The notes beneath the pieces were generated by a model. It worked only from the letters and a program-made list of their open reading frames with translations, was not told the DNA's origin and searched no databases. From an uncultured delta proteobacterium (lineage in GTDB: Bacteria > Desulfobacterota > RBG-13-43-22), in NCBI GenBank assembly GCA_963711835.1, contig CAVQFQ010000004.1, forward strand, positions 288,001 to 352,000: a stretch of 64,000 nt of DNA, given 5' to 3'. Positions 47,520 through 57,347 of the stretch are shown here, piece by piece. Position numbers and translations under genes: made by a program. Position 1 is the first letter of the stretch. Every line of letters starts with the position of its first letter.

Positions 47520-48719
47520 ATGAAATTCGGCAAAGGGATGGTTTGGGTCGGTTGTTTCTTTTTTTTAATGGCCATGATGGGCAGCCCCGGACTGGGATCG
47601 GCTGCCGACACCATCAAGGTGGGGATCATTCTCCCCTTAACCGGTGAGAAGGCCAAATTCGGAGAAATTGAGAAGAACTCCTTCAAGATGGCCCTGGATG
47701 AGATTAATAAGACCGCTATAAAAGGAAAGAAGATTGAACTCTTGATTGAAGACGATACCGGTAAACCGGATATCGCCCGGGCAGCGGTTGAAAAGCTCGT
47801 CTCCAAGGACAATGTCGTTATGCTTGGGGGGGGCTATGGAAGCTCGGAAACCTACTCTATTGCCGGAGTAGCCCAGCAGAAGAAGATCCCCTTCCTGATC
47901 AATACCGGGTCGGCCGATGACATTACCGAGAAGGGCTGGAATTTTGTCTTCCGGCTCAATCCGGCAGTCAGTGATTATGCCAACGCGGCCGAATCCTTTT
48001 ATAAGGAAATAGCCAAACCCAAGACGGCCGTCATTCTTTTTGAAAACACCCTCTTCGGCACCAGCGGTTCCAAAGACGCTGAAAAGGGATTAAAAGAAAT
48101 GGGGATCCAGATCCTTCTTAAAGAGGGTTATGAACACGGGGCCGTGGATTTCAAACCCCTCCTGATTAAAGTCAAGAACGGTAATCCGGATCTGGTCTAT
48201 ATGATCTCTTATGTAATGGATGCCGCCTTAATCATGCGGCAGGCCATGGAGCTGGATATCAATCCCAAGATGTTCGTCGGCGGAGGGGCCGGCTTCACCC
48301 TGCCTGATTTCTATCAAAATACCGGTAAAGCCGCTGAGGGGGTTTTCTCGGCCGATCTCTGGGTACCGACCCTTCCTTATCCCGGGGCCAAAGAGTATTA
48401 TAACAATTATAAAAAATTATATGGCAAGGATACTGAATATCACGGGGCGGAGGCCTATGCCGCCTTGTACGTCATTGCCGATGTCTTGAAACGTGCTAAA
48501 TCTTTATCTCCGGATGACATCCGCCAAGCCCTGGCCACCACCGACCTGATGACCGTTTTCGGACCGGTCAAGTTTGTTTCCTACGGTAAAAAAACCAACC
48601 AAAATAAACTTCCAACGTATCTGGTACAATGGATCAACGGGAAGCTGGAGTGCGTCTGGCCCAAGCAATATGCCACCGCTCCCTATATTTTTCCCCATAA
48701 ACCCTGGAAAACTCGGTAA
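47520..48719 (+). CDS. Branched-chain amino acid ABC transporter substrate-binding protein
   Basis: Signal peptide, IKVG..LPLTG, EDD.GKP, LivJ-like motifs. Confidence 0.9.
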   Translation: MKFGKGMVWVGCFFFLMAMMGSPGLGSAADTIKVGIILPLTGEKAKFGEIEKNSFKMALDEINKTAIKGKKIELLIEDDTGKPDIARAAVEKLVSKDNVVMLGGGYGSSETYSIAGVAQQKKIPFLINTGSADDITEKGWNFVFRLNPAVSDYANAAESFYKEIAKPKTAVILFENTLFGTSGSKDAEKGLKEMGIQILLKEGYEHGAVDFKPLLIKVKNGNPDLVYMISYVMDAALIMRQAMELDINPKMFVGGGAGFTLPDFYQNTGKAAEGVFSADLWVPTLPYPGAKEYYNNYKKLYGKDTEYHGAEAYAALYVIADVLKRAKSLSPDDIRQALATTDLMTVFGPVKFVSYGKKTNQNKLPTYLVQWINGKLECVWPKQYATAPYIFPHKPWKTR

Positions 48720-48735
48720 GCATCACATTAGAAAC

Positions 48736-48763
48736 GAAGGGGCAGAATTTCTTCTGCCCCTTC
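48736..48763 (+). terminator. Hairpin after the substrate-binding protein gene
   Basis: GAAGGGGCAGAA-tttc-TTCTGCCCCTTC. Confidence 0.55.
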
Positions 48764-48797
48764 TTCATCAATCCGAACTCCTTGAAGGAAAGCCGCT

Positions 48798-49673
48798 ATG
48801 GATGTTTTTACCCAAACCTTGGTTGCTGGCATTCTTATTGGAGGGCTTTACGCCCTGATTGGGATCGGTATGACTCTGATCATGGGCGTCATGGGGATCA
48901 TCAACCTGGCCCATGGGCAGATCATGATGATGGCCATGTACATCACCTTTGTCTGTTTCAAGTATTTCAGCATGGACCCCTATATTTCCCTCCTGGTAAC
49001 CATGCCGGCCCTGTTTTTATTGGGCCTTTTTATCGGCAAATACCTCCTCGATCCTTTAATCGGGAGGGAATCCATTTTACCCGAAAACCAGGTCCTGATG
49101 ACTGTGGGCATCGGTCTCTGCTTGACCGAGATCATGCGCTTTATCTTTAGCTCCGACTATCAGTCCGTTCGGATCAGCTATGGAAATAAAGTCCTTCATG
49201 CTGGGGGGTTCTCCTTTAATTTTCCCTTAACCATTGCCTTTCTTCTGGCCGTGGTTTTGACGGCCGGGTTATTTTTTTTCCTGATGAAAACCGATCTTGG
49301 GCGGGCCATTCGGGCCACGGCCCAGGACAAAGACGCGGCGACTTTGATGGGTATTCCCCAGAGGAAAATCACCTATTCCACCTATGCCCTGGGTTCGGCC
49401 CTAACTGCAGCGGCCGGCACTCTGCTCCTGCCGGTCTATTATCTTTTCCCGGATATAGGGGGTCCCTTTACCTTAAAGGCCTTTGTCATTACTATCCTGG
49501 GCGGCCTGGGAAGTACCGTGGGGGCCATCCTGGGAGGGCTGACCCTCGGCATTGCTGAGTCCATGGGTGCCACCTACATCTCCATGGGCTATAAGGATGC
49601 AGTGGGGATGGTCATTTTCCTTTTGGTCCTGATCTTTCTCCCCGGCGGTCTCAAACGACTGACTAAAATATAA
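48798..49673 (+). CDS. livH: Branched-chain amino acid ABC permease
   Basis: [33 protein letters not shown]. Confidence 0.85.
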   Translation: MDVFTQTLVAGILIGGLYALIGIGMTLIMGVMGIINLAHGQIMMMAMYITFVCFKYFSMDPYISLLVTMPALFLLGLFIGKYLLDPLIGRESILPENQVLMTVGIGLCLTEIMRFIFSSDYQSVRISYGNKVLHAGGFSFNFPLTIAFLLAVVLTAGLFFFLMKTDLGRAIRATAQDKDAATLMGIPQRKITYSTYALGSALTAAAGTLLLPVYYLFPDIGGPFTLKAFVITILGGLGSTVGAILGGLTLGIAESMGATYISMGYKDAVGMVIFLLVLIFLPGGLKRLTKI

Positions 49674-49686
49674 GGGGGAACAAGCC

Positions 49687-50649
49687 ATGAACACTAAGAA
49701 CAGAATCTGGGTCCTGATCCTCCTTATCGCCGCGGTGCTATTGCCTTTAGTCATAAACCATGATTATTATCAGCACTTGATGATCCTGGTGTTAATCTGG
49801 GTCGTCATCGGGACTTCCTGGAATCTCTTGGCCGGCTATACCGGACAGGTCTCCTTCGGCCATGCGGCCTTTTTCGGTATAGGGGCTTACACGGCCGGTA
49901 TCCTTCATAGCAAATTAAGCCTCTCTCCCTGGTGGGGGATGCTTTTCGGAGGATTTTCAGCCGTAATTTTGGGGCTGTTGATCGGCTACCTCTGCTTCCG
50001 TCTGCGAGGCCCCTATTTTGCCCTGGCCACCCTGGCTTCGGGAGAAATCTTGAGGCTGATTGCCAACAATTGGGTGGATTTTACCGAGGGCATGGTGGGG
50101 ATCCTGACTATTCAGACCTTCGGCAGCAAGTTGCCTTATTATTACATCGTCCTGGCCGTCGCAGCCGCCTGTATCGGCGCCATCTACCTGGTGATGAAAT
50201 CCAAATGGGGGTATTACTTCGTCTCCATTCGGGAGGACCAGGATGCCGCCGAATCGCTGGGTATCAACACGACCCTCTACAAAAACGTCTCTTTAATAAT
50301 CAGTTCTTTTTTTACCGGCCTGGCTGGGGCTTTTTATATGAATTATATGGGATTCATCGATCCTTCGGTGGTTTTTTCCCTCCACAATATCTCCATTCAG
50401 GCCATTTTGGTTGGGATCATCGGAGGGGTGGCCACGATCTGGGGACCCGCCATAGGGGCCCTGGTCATGGTGGGGATACAGGAACTTTTCCGGACCTCCA
50501 TCTTCGGGCTGGCCCCCCAATGGGTCAGCCAGGGTCATGCCCTGGCCTTTGGTCTCCTGGTGGTCTTGACCATTCTTTTCCTTTCCAACGGTCTGGTGGG
50601 GGACTGGGCCAAGATCAAAGGGGTTTTCATTAAAAAGCCTTCAATATGA
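49687..50649 (+). CDS. livM: Branched-chain amino acid ABC permease
   Basis: WNLLAGYTGQVSFGHAAFFGIGAY, LRGPYFALATLA, IREDQDAAESLGIN. Confidence 0.85.
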   Translation: MNTKNRIWVLILLIAAVLLPLVINHDYYQHLMILVLIWVVIGTSWNLLAGYTGQVSFGHAAFFGIGAYTAGILHSKLSLSPWWGMLFGGFSAVILGLLIGYLCFRLRGPYFALATLASGEILRLIANNWVDFTEGMVGILTIQTFGSKLPYYYIVLAVAAACIGAIYLVMKSKWGYYFVSIREDQDAAESLGINTTLYKNVSLIISSFFTGLAGAFYMNYMGFIDPSVVFSLHNISIQAILVGIIGGVATIWGPAIGALVMVGIQELFRTSIFGLAPQWVSQGHALAFGLLVVLTILFLSNGLVGDWAKIKGVFIKKPSI

Positions 50650-50659
50650 GGATTCGGCC

Positions 50660-51388
50660 ATGGACATTTTTGAAGCCCGCAATATCGTCAAATACTTCGG
50701 CGGATTATCAGCCGTTAACGGGGTCAGTTTCCAGGTCAACCAAGGGGAAATTTTCGGCTTAATCGGGCCCAATGGCTCCGGGAAGACGACTATTTTTAAC
50801 CTAATCAACAACTATTTCCCCCTGACTTCGGGAGACCTTTTTTTTAAAGGGCGGAGCATTTCCCGAATGAAGACTCACAAGATCTGTCATTTGGGGATTG
50901 CCCGGACCTTTCAAGTCGTCAAACCCCTGGCCCGGATGAGCGTCCTGGATAATGTTATTGCCTCGGCCTTTTGCCGGGTGAATACGATCAAGGAAGCCCA
51001 GCGGTTGGCTTTGGAAATCATTGAATTCTGCGGCCTCTCAGCCTATAAAGACCAGCCGGCCAAAAGTCTGCCGATCGGCCTGCGCAAGCGTTTAGAAATA
51101 ACCAGGGCCTTAGCCACCAAGCCCGACCTCCTTTTGCTGGATGAAACGGCTGCCGGGCTGACTCCCAAGGAGTCCGATTTGGCCATTGAACTGATCAAAG
51201 AGATTAACCGCCGTGGTGTGACCATTATCATTATTGAGCATGTTATGAAGGTGATTATGACGATTTCGAATCGGATATTGGCTATCAATCATGGCCAACC
51301 CATCGCTGCGGGGACACCGGAAGAGGTTTCCCAGAATCCTCAAGTGATCGAGGCCTATTTGGGAGAAGAATATGTTAAGGGTCAATAA
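50660..51388 (+). CDS. livG: Branched-chain amino acid ABC ATPase
   Basis: FGGL.AV, GPNGSGKTT, ARTFQ, LLDE.AAGL, VIEAYLG. Confidence 0.85.
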   Translation: MDIFEARNIVKYFGGLSAVNGVSFQVNQGEIFGLIGPNGSGKTTIFNLINNYFPLTSGDLFFKGRSISRMKTHKICHLGIARTFQVVKPLARMSVLDNVIASAFCRVNTIKEAQRLALEIIEFCGLSAYKDQPAKSLPIGLRKRLEITRALATKPDLLLLDETAAGLTPKESDLAIELIKEINRRGVTIIIIEHVMKVIMTISNRILAINHGQPIAAGTPEEVSQNPQVIEAYLGEEYVKGQ

Positions 51389-52076
51389 CATTGATGTTTC
51401 CTATGGGGATGTGCAGGTCCTCTGGGATGTCTCATTCGAGGTCAAGGAAAAAGAAATTTTAGTCCTGGTCGGGGCCAACGGGGCCGGGAAATCCACCCTC
51501 CTAAAAACCATTTCGGGGTTACTGCGGCCTTCCCAAGGTACCATTGAATTTAGTGGGACCCGTTTGGATCAAGTCCCTGACAATAAGATCGTCGTATTAG
51601 GCATCGCCCATGTCCCTGAGGGCCGCCGCCTATTTCCTGAGATGACCGTGGAGGAAAACCTGATCATGGGCTCTCTGGCCCCTAAGGCCAAGGCTAAAAG
51701 AAAAGAGACCATGAAATGGGTCTATCAATTGTTCCCCCGGTTGGAAGAAAGAAGGAAGCAGTACGCCCGGACCCTGAGCGGTGGGGAACAACAGATGTGC
51801 GCCATTGGTAGAGGGCTAATGGCTCTCCCCCGACTACTCCTCTGTGATGAACCTTCCCTGGGCTTGTCGCCTATTCTGGTCCAGGATATTTTCAAAATTG
51901 TCAAACGGGTTAATGAGGAGGGGGTGACCGTTCTTCTGGTCGAACAGAATGTCAAACAGACCCTGTCCATTTGCAATCGAGCCTATGTCTTGGAAAACGG
52001 GCGAATTGTCCTGACCGGGACCGGCCAGGAACTGCTTAACAATCCGCATGTCAAAGAGGCCTATCTGGGGATTTAA
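51372..52076 (+). CDS. livF: Branched-chain amino acid ABC ATPase
   Basis: GANGAGKST, VPEGRRLF, LSGGEQQM, DEPSLGL. Confidence 0.85.
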   Translation: MLRVNNIDVSYGDVQVLWDVSFEVKEKEILVLVGANGAGKSTLLKTISGLLRPSQGTIEFSGTRLDQVPDNKIVVLGIAHVPEGRRLFPEMTVEENLIMGSLAPKAKAKRKETMKWVYQLFPRLEERRKQYARTLSGGEQQMCAIGRGLMALPRLLLCDEPSLGLSPILVQDIFKIVKRVNEEGVTVLLVEQNVKQTLSICNRAYVLENGRIVLTGTGQELLNNPHVKEAYLGI

Positions 52077-52230
52077 AAATCCTAAATCCGAAATCCGAAG
52101 CACGAAATTCGAAACAAGTTGAACTGTAGAAAATTCGAAACAAGGCGGAAAAAGGTAAAAATGTTTTGAACATTTGTTATTTGAATTTCATATTAATTGT
52201 TTCGGATTTCGATATTCGAATTTCGAATTT
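52077..52230. repeat. Palindromic element with heptamer-repeat arms (same family as 40417-40553)
   Basis: AAATCCGAAATCCGAAGCACGAAATTCGAAACAA versus TTGTTTCGGATTTCGATATTCGAATTTCGAATTT. Confidence 0.8.
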
Positions 52231-52240
52231 TATTGATTAA

Positions 52241-53290
52241 ATGGAAGCCATGATCCTGGCAGCCGGTGAAGGTACCCGGCTCAGGCCCTTGACCCATAAA
52301 CGTCCCAAGCCCCTCATCCCCGTCCTAAATACCCCGCTGCTGGAAATTACCCTTTCTTATTTAAAGGATTTCTCGTTCAAGCGGATCCTGATAAACAGCC
52401 ACCACCTGGCCGATCAAATCACCGATTTTATAGCGGGCCAGAAAAAAAGATGGGGGTTGGAACTTGAGGTTCAGTTTGAACCTGAAATCCTGGGAACCGG
52501 TGGGGGGATTGCCCGGAGCCGGGATTTTTGGCATTCCCGGACCTTCCTGGTCATCAATGGCGATATCCTGATCGACATCAATCTGACCAAGGTCCTGGAA
52601 TTTCACCTGAGCCATGGCGGACCGGTTACCCTGGTTATCCATGACTACCCGGCCTTCAATCAGATTACGGTGGATGCCCGGGGCCGTATTGAAGGCTTTC
52701 GAAGCGAGCCGGGGAAAGGGTTGGCTTTTACCGGGATTCATATCTTGAACCAAGAGATCTTCCACTATCTACCCCTCTCTGGGACATTTGATATTATTCC
52801 CGTCTATCAACAAATGATCGAAGAAGGTCAACCCGTCTGGGCTTTTATCAGCCGGGGGCATTACTGGCGGGATTTGGGCACTCCCACCTCTTATCTTAAG
52901 GTCCATGAGGAGATACTGACGAATGCCTTGGCAGCCACCTCCGGCCCTTCCTTCCCCCCTCTGTGGAAGAGATTTCGGCGAGACTTGTCGGCGAGCTCAA
53001 GACGCGTCGCTCAGTTGAGCCGGGGGAGGGAGGGGGGGAAGATTAATAAAACGTCGTTGGCAAATGGCTGGAGGGTCCTGATCCATCCTGAGGCAGAGGT
53101 TGAAGAAGGGGTGAAATTTACCGGATGGGCGGTAATTGGAAAAGGCTGCCGGCTAAAAAAAGGCTGCCGGATTGCCGATTCCATATTGTGGGAGAAGGTG
53201 GTCCTGGAAGAAGGGGTTTCCGTTGCGAATTCCATCGTGGGAGAAGGGGTTCGGGTGGATCACGATCTGATGAACAAGGTACTGGTCTAA
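52241..53290 (+). CDS. NDP-sugar synthase / MurNAc-1-P uridylyltransferase-like nucleotidyltransferase with an in-frame repeat insertion
   Basis: AMILAAGEGTRLRPLT...PKPL, ILGTGGG, INGD, WRDLGT; C-terminal hexapeptide repeats; abuts an AmgK-like kinase gene. Confidence 0.85.
   Translation: MEAMILAAGEGTRLRPLTHKRPKPLIPVLNTPLLEITLSYLKDFSFKRILINSHHLADQITDFIAGQKKRWGLELEVQFEPEILGTGGGIARSRDFWHSRTFLVINGDILIDINLTKVLEFHLSHGGPVTLVIHDYPAFNQITVDARGRIEGFRSEPGKGLAFTGIHILNQEIFHYLPLSGTFDIIPVYQQMIEEGQPVWAFISRGHYWRDLGTPTSYLKVHEEILTNALAATSGPSFPPLWKRFRRDLSASSRRVAQLSRGREGGKINKTSLANGWRVLIHPEAEVEEGVKFTGWAVIGKGCRLKKGCRIADSILWEKVVLEEGVSVANSIVGEGVRVDHDLMNKVLV
52945..53040. repeat. Nested palindromic insertion inside the CDS
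   Basis: CCCTTCCTTCCCCCCT...GGGGGAGGGAGGGGGGG arms enclosing two TCGGCGAG...CTCA units. Confidence 0.7.
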
Positions 53291-54295
53291 ATGCGCTTGC
53301 TTTATTCATTTTTGCAGAGAAACCTCCCCGAGGCCGCCGGCTTTACGGGACGATTTCGGATACGGGCACTGAAAGGAGATGGTTCGGATCGAAAAGTATT
53401 TCGGGTCTTCACCGGCAAAAAGACCCATATTGCTGTGGCCCATCCCCAAGGCCGCCAAGGCCGGCCGTCGGAAAACGCTTCTTTTTTTTATATCGGGACC
53501 CACTTGCGCTCCAAAGGCCTGCCCGCCCCGGCCATCCTGGCCTTTGACCGCCGCCGGGGGTTTTTTTTACTGGAAGACTTTGGAGACCTCTCCCTTGAAA
53601 CCCGGGTAAAAGGATTGAAAGATCCGGAACAGGTCAAAGGTCTTTATCAGCAACTGATCACCCTCCTGATCAGGATCCAAAGGGAAGGGGCTGAAGGTTT
53701 TGACAGCCGCCGCTGTTACGATACCCCCTTATACAACAGCCGGTTTTCCTGGGAGCGGGAGTCGCGCTATTTTCTCGAGGCCTTTCTCAAAGACCATCGC
53801 CAATGGAAAAAACCCCTCCCGGGATTGGCAGAGGAACTCAGCCGCCTGGCCGCCCTGGTGGATGAGGAGAGATCCCGGGTTTTTCTCTACCGGGACTTTC
53901 AATCCCGCAATATCATGATGGCCGGGAACGGCTTCGGTCTGATTGACTTCCAGGCCGGTCGTCTGGGGCCGCCCCAGTACGACCTGGCCTCCTTGTTGAT
54001 CGATCCCTATGTAGATCTTTCCGAAGAACTTCAGGAAGAATTGTTGGATTTTTATATCAGCTCTTGGTCTCAAAAGATTTCCCTTGATCCTCCGGCATTT
54101 CGCCGCCATTATGAGATCATGGCCTTCCAGAGAAACCTGCAGATACTGGGGGCCTTTGCCGTCCTGAGCCGGGTCAAGGGCAAGGTTTATTTTGAAGCCT
54201 CGATACCGCCGGCCTTAAGCGGTCTTAAAAAGCGGGTCCAAGGAGACCTTTTTAAACCCTTCGTTGCCTTAAAACGTCTGCTGGAAGAATTATAA
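53291..54295 (+). CDS. APH-family phosphotransferase, AmgK (MurNAc/GlcNAc kinase)-like
   Basis: GDGSDR, LEDFGD, YRDFQSRNIM, IDFQ..RLGP..YDLASLL.DPY, QRNLQILGAF. Confidence 0.85.
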   Translation: MRLLYSFLQRNLPEAAGFTGRFRIRALKGDGSDRKVFRVFTGKKTHIAVAHPQGRQGRPSENASFFYIGTHLRSKGLPAPAILAFDRRRGFFLLEDFGDLSLETRVKGLKDPEQVKGLYQQLITLLIRIQREGAEGFDSRRCYDTPLYNSRFSWERESRYFLEAFLKDHRQWKKPLPGLAEELSRLAALVDEERSRVFLYRDFQSRNIMMAGNGFGLIDFQAGRLGPPQYDLASLLIDPYVDLSEELQEELLDFYISSWSQKISLDPPAFRRHYEIMAFQRNLQILGAFAVLSRVKGKVYFEASIPPALSGLKKRVQGDLFKPFVALKRLLEEL

Positions 54296-54312
54296 AAGGA
54301 AAAGGAGCCCCC

Positions 54313-55635
54313 TTGGGATATCTGGTAGCCATAGTCGGTGCCCCGAATGTGGGAAAGTCCACCCTCTTTAATCGCCTGATTCGAAGGAAAAAGGCCATTG
54401 TGGACGATCAGCCGGGGGTGACCAGGGATCGCAACTTTCAAGACGTAACCTGGGAAGGCAGACCCATCACCCTGGTCGATACCGGCGGCTTTGAATGGGA
54501 TGCCCACGGGCCGGTGGAAGAGGGGATGCGGGAGCAGATCGAACTGGCCCTGGAAGAGGCCGACCTGATCCTCTTTGTCGGGGATGGCCGAAGAGGACTC
54601 ACCCCCACCGATGAACAGGTAGTCCAGCGCCTTCGCCGGACCTCCAAGCCGGTACTCTATACGGTCAATAAAATCGATAGCCTCAAATTAGAGGAAGGGC
54701 TATCCGATTATTATCGTCTCGGGCTGGAGACCATCCTGCCCATTTCGGCTCTCCATGGAGCAGGGATAGAGGACCTGAAGGAGTCCATTGTCGAGAGACT
54801 GCCTCTTCCGGAAGCAGAACCGCAAGGAAAAGAGTCTCTACATTTGGCCGTCATCGGGCGGCCCAATGTAGGCAAGTCCTCCCTGGTCAATGCCATCTTA
54901 GGCTATGATCGGGTCTTGGTCAGTGCGATCCCGGGAACCACCCGGGATGCCATCGACACCCCCTTTGAATACCAGGGACAGGAGTATGTCCTGATTGACA
55001 CGGCCGGGATTCGGAGAAAATCCCGGATCGGCCAGCGCCTGGAGAAATTTGCCGTGGTGGAAGCCTTAAAAGGGCTGGACCGATGCGATCTGGCCGTCAT
55101 CCTGCTCGATGCCGCTCAGGGGGTAACGGATCAGGATGCCCACATTGCCGGCTTTGCCTATGAGAAGGGAAAGGGATGTATTATCGGTCTGAACAAGTGG
55201 GATCTGGTAGCCAAGACCATTAAGAATAAAAATAAATTTCTGGAAGAGGTCCGCTACCAGCTCAAGTATCTTTCTTTTGCTCCCATTATCCCTCTTTCGG
55301 CCACCACCGGCCTGGGCCGGGGAAACCTCATGAGGACTATCCGGGAGGTCTACCGCCAATACACCCAGAGGGTCGGGACCGGGCCTTTAAATCAGGCCCT
55401 GAAGACCATTCTGGCCGGACATTCTTTGCCCCTGGCGGGCGGGCAGCGGGTCAAGATCTATTATGGGACCCAGGTAGGGGTGAAACCGCCGACCTTTCTG
55501 TTTTTTGCCAATTATCCGGAAAAGATTCATTTTTCCTATCAACGGTATATGACTAATCAATTGCGGGAACATTTCGGCTTTGACCAGAGTCCGATCCGGA
55601 TTGTTTTTCGAAAACGGGAAAAAACGAACGGGTGA
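54313..55635 (+). CDS. der: Ribosome biogenesis GTPase Der (EngA)
   Basis: Two G domains (GAPNVGKS/GVTRD/DTGG and GRPNVGKS/GTTRD/DTAG), PPTF; TTG start after AAGGAG. Confidence 0.95.
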   Translation: MGYLVAIVGAPNVGKSTLFNRLIRRKKAIVDDQPGVTRDRNFQDVTWEGRPITLVDTGGFEWDAHGPVEEGMREQIELALEEADLILFVGDGRRGLTPTDEQVVQRLRRTSKPVLYTVNKIDSLKLEEGLSDYYRLGLETILPISALHGAGIEDLKESIVERLPLPEAEPQGKESLHLAVIGRPNVGKSSLVNAILGYDRVLVSAIPGTTRDAIDTPFEYQGQEYVLIDTAGIRRKSRIGQRLEKFAVVEALKGLDRCDLAVILLDAAQGVTDQDAHIAGFAYEKGKGCIIGLNKWDLVAKTIKNKNKFLEEVRYQLKYLSFAPIIPLSATTGLGRGNLMRTIREVYRQYTQRVGTGPLNQALKTILAGHSLPLAGGQRVKIYYGTQVGVKPPTFLFFANYPEKIHFSYQRYMTNQLREHFGFDQSPIRIVFRKREKTNG

Positions 55636-55639
55636 ACTT

Positions 55640-55920
55640 TTTTAGCCACAGACACACACGGACAAAGGCGGACTATTTTTTAGCCGGGCGACCAAGGTTC
55701 AGAACTGTCACCGGGGCAGGCTTGCCCGGCTAAAACCGCCAAGGCTGGCGAGAACAGATTTTTCCGCCATTAATTATCGGATTATTTGAATTAATGTTAA
55801 TAAAAAGGCCTTAAAAAAACTTTTTTACCACAGACAAAGACAGGATCCCGCTTATAGCGGGACGGGGACCTGCCGCCGCCCTAATCGTCCGCCTTTGTCC
55901 GTATGGTTCTGTGGCTAAAA
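55640..55920. repeat. Long palindromic element (family E) with nested hairpins
   Basis: TTTTAGCCACAGACACACACGGACAAAGGCGGAC versus GTCCGCCTTTGTCCGTATGGTTCTGTGGCTAAAA; inner TAGCCGGGC/GCCCGGCTA and GATCCCGCTTATAGCGGGAC. Confidence 0.8.
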
Positions 55921-55995
55921 CGCCTTTAAAATTTTTTCCGAATTTTTCGGGTTGGGATATAGAAGCTGGAAAAATACAAGGGAGAGGAGCCTAAC

Positions 55996-57126
55996 TTGAG
56001 AGCAAGAATGAGGGCGATTATCTGGGGAGTGGCATTATTATTTTGTCTTCCGGCAATGGCCTGGGCTCAGGATGCCATTCGGATAGGGGTTTACCTGCCG
56101 ATGACCGGCGGAGTGGCCTCCTTCGGGCAGATGGAATGGGCCGGGATTCAGACGGCCCATTCCCTGAAGCCGACCCTGATGGGGAGAAAGGTGGAGCTGT
56201 TTCTGGTGGATACCAAAAGCGACAAGATCGAGGCCGCCAATGCCGTCAGCCGATTGATTGAAAAGAACAAGGTCCAGGCCATCATCGGTGAGGCCATCAG
56301 CGGCAATACCCTGGCCGGAGGACCGATTGCCGAAAAAGCCAAAATTCCCATGGTTTCCCCAACGGCCACGAACCCCCTGGTTACCCAGGGGAAAAAATAC
56401 GTCTTCCGGGTCTGCTTCGTTGATACCTTCCAGGGAGAGGCCGCAGCCAAGTTTGCCTTCCATAATTTCAAGGCCCGCCGGGCGGCTGTTTTAACCGACA
56501 AGTCTCAGGATTACTGTGTCGGCCTGGCCGAATATTTTAAGAAGGCCTTTATCAGAATGGGGGGCAAAATCGTAGCCGAGACCTTTTGTCAAAGCGGGGA
56601 TCAGGATTTTTCAGCCCAGCTTTCCGTGATCATGGCCGCCAAGCCCGATGTCCTCTTTGTGCCGAATTACTATACCGAAGATGCTTTAATGGCCCGCCAG
56701 GCCAAAGAACTGGGACTTAAGGTGCCCATCTTTGCCTCCGACGGGGCCCAGACCCCGGAACTGATCCAGATCGGCGGCGAGGCGGTGGAAGGCATCCACT
56801 TTATCGGGCACTTCCACAGCAAAGGGGCAACCACGCCCCTGTCTCGGGAATTCCTGAAGGCCTTTCAGAAAAAATATCCCAAAGAAAAAGAGGTCAATGC
56901 CTTTCACGCCCTGGGGGCCGATGCCTATTTTGTCCTGGTTGACGCCATGGAGCGGGCCAAGTCCCCTGAAGGCCAAAAAGTACGCCAGGCCCTGGCCGGC
57001 ACCAAACAATTCAAGGCCGTTTCCGGGACGATGGATATCGGGGAAGACGGCAATGCCGTCAAGAGCGCCGTGATCCTGATCGTAAACAAAGGGGAATTCG
57101 GTTATTTGACCACCATCAATCCATAG
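55996..57126 (+). CDS. Orphan LivJ/LivK-like substrate-binding protein
   Basis: Signal peptide, IRIGVYLPMTG, SPTATNP.VT, FRVCFVD.FQG. Confidence 0.9.
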   Translation: MRARMRAIIWGVALLFCLPAMAWAQDAIRIGVYLPMTGGVASFGQMEWAGIQTAHSLKPTLMGRKVELFLVDTKSDKIEAANAVSRLIEKNKVQAIIGEAISGNTLAGGPIAEKAKIPMVSPTATNPLVTQGKKYVFRVCFVDTFQGEAAAKFAFHNFKARRAAVLTDKSQDYCVGLAEYFKKAFIRMGGKIVAETFCQSGDQDFSAQLSVIMAAKPDVLFVPNYYTEDALMARQAKELGLKVPIFASDGAQTPELIQIGGEAVEGIHFIGHFHSKGATTPLSREFLKAFQKKYPKEKEVNAFHALGADAYFVLVDAMERAKSPEGQKVRQALAGTKQFKAVSGTMDIGEDGNAVKSAVILIVNKGEFGYLTTINP

Positions 57127-57130
57127 GCTT

Positions 57131-57319
57131 TTTTAGCCACCGACCCACACGGACCCCGCCTCGGTTTCCTCCGCGGGGCAGGCAGTCATCGCTGGCGTGA
57201 GAAAGATACTCACTATTTTCATAGCTCTTGGCAAGGCACTGTTTTTAACGCCCGAAGGGCCTGCCGGGAGCATGGCGGCAGGTCGCCGCCATGCGGTCTG
57301 TGTGTGTCGGTGGCAAAAA
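57131..57319. repeat. Palindromic element (family E), second copy
   Basis: TTTTAGCCACCGACCCACACGGACC versus GGTCTGTGTGTGTCGGTGGCAAAAA. Confidence 0.75.
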
Positions 57320-57347
57320 TCTTTTCCGAATTTTTAGGGTTAGGAAA

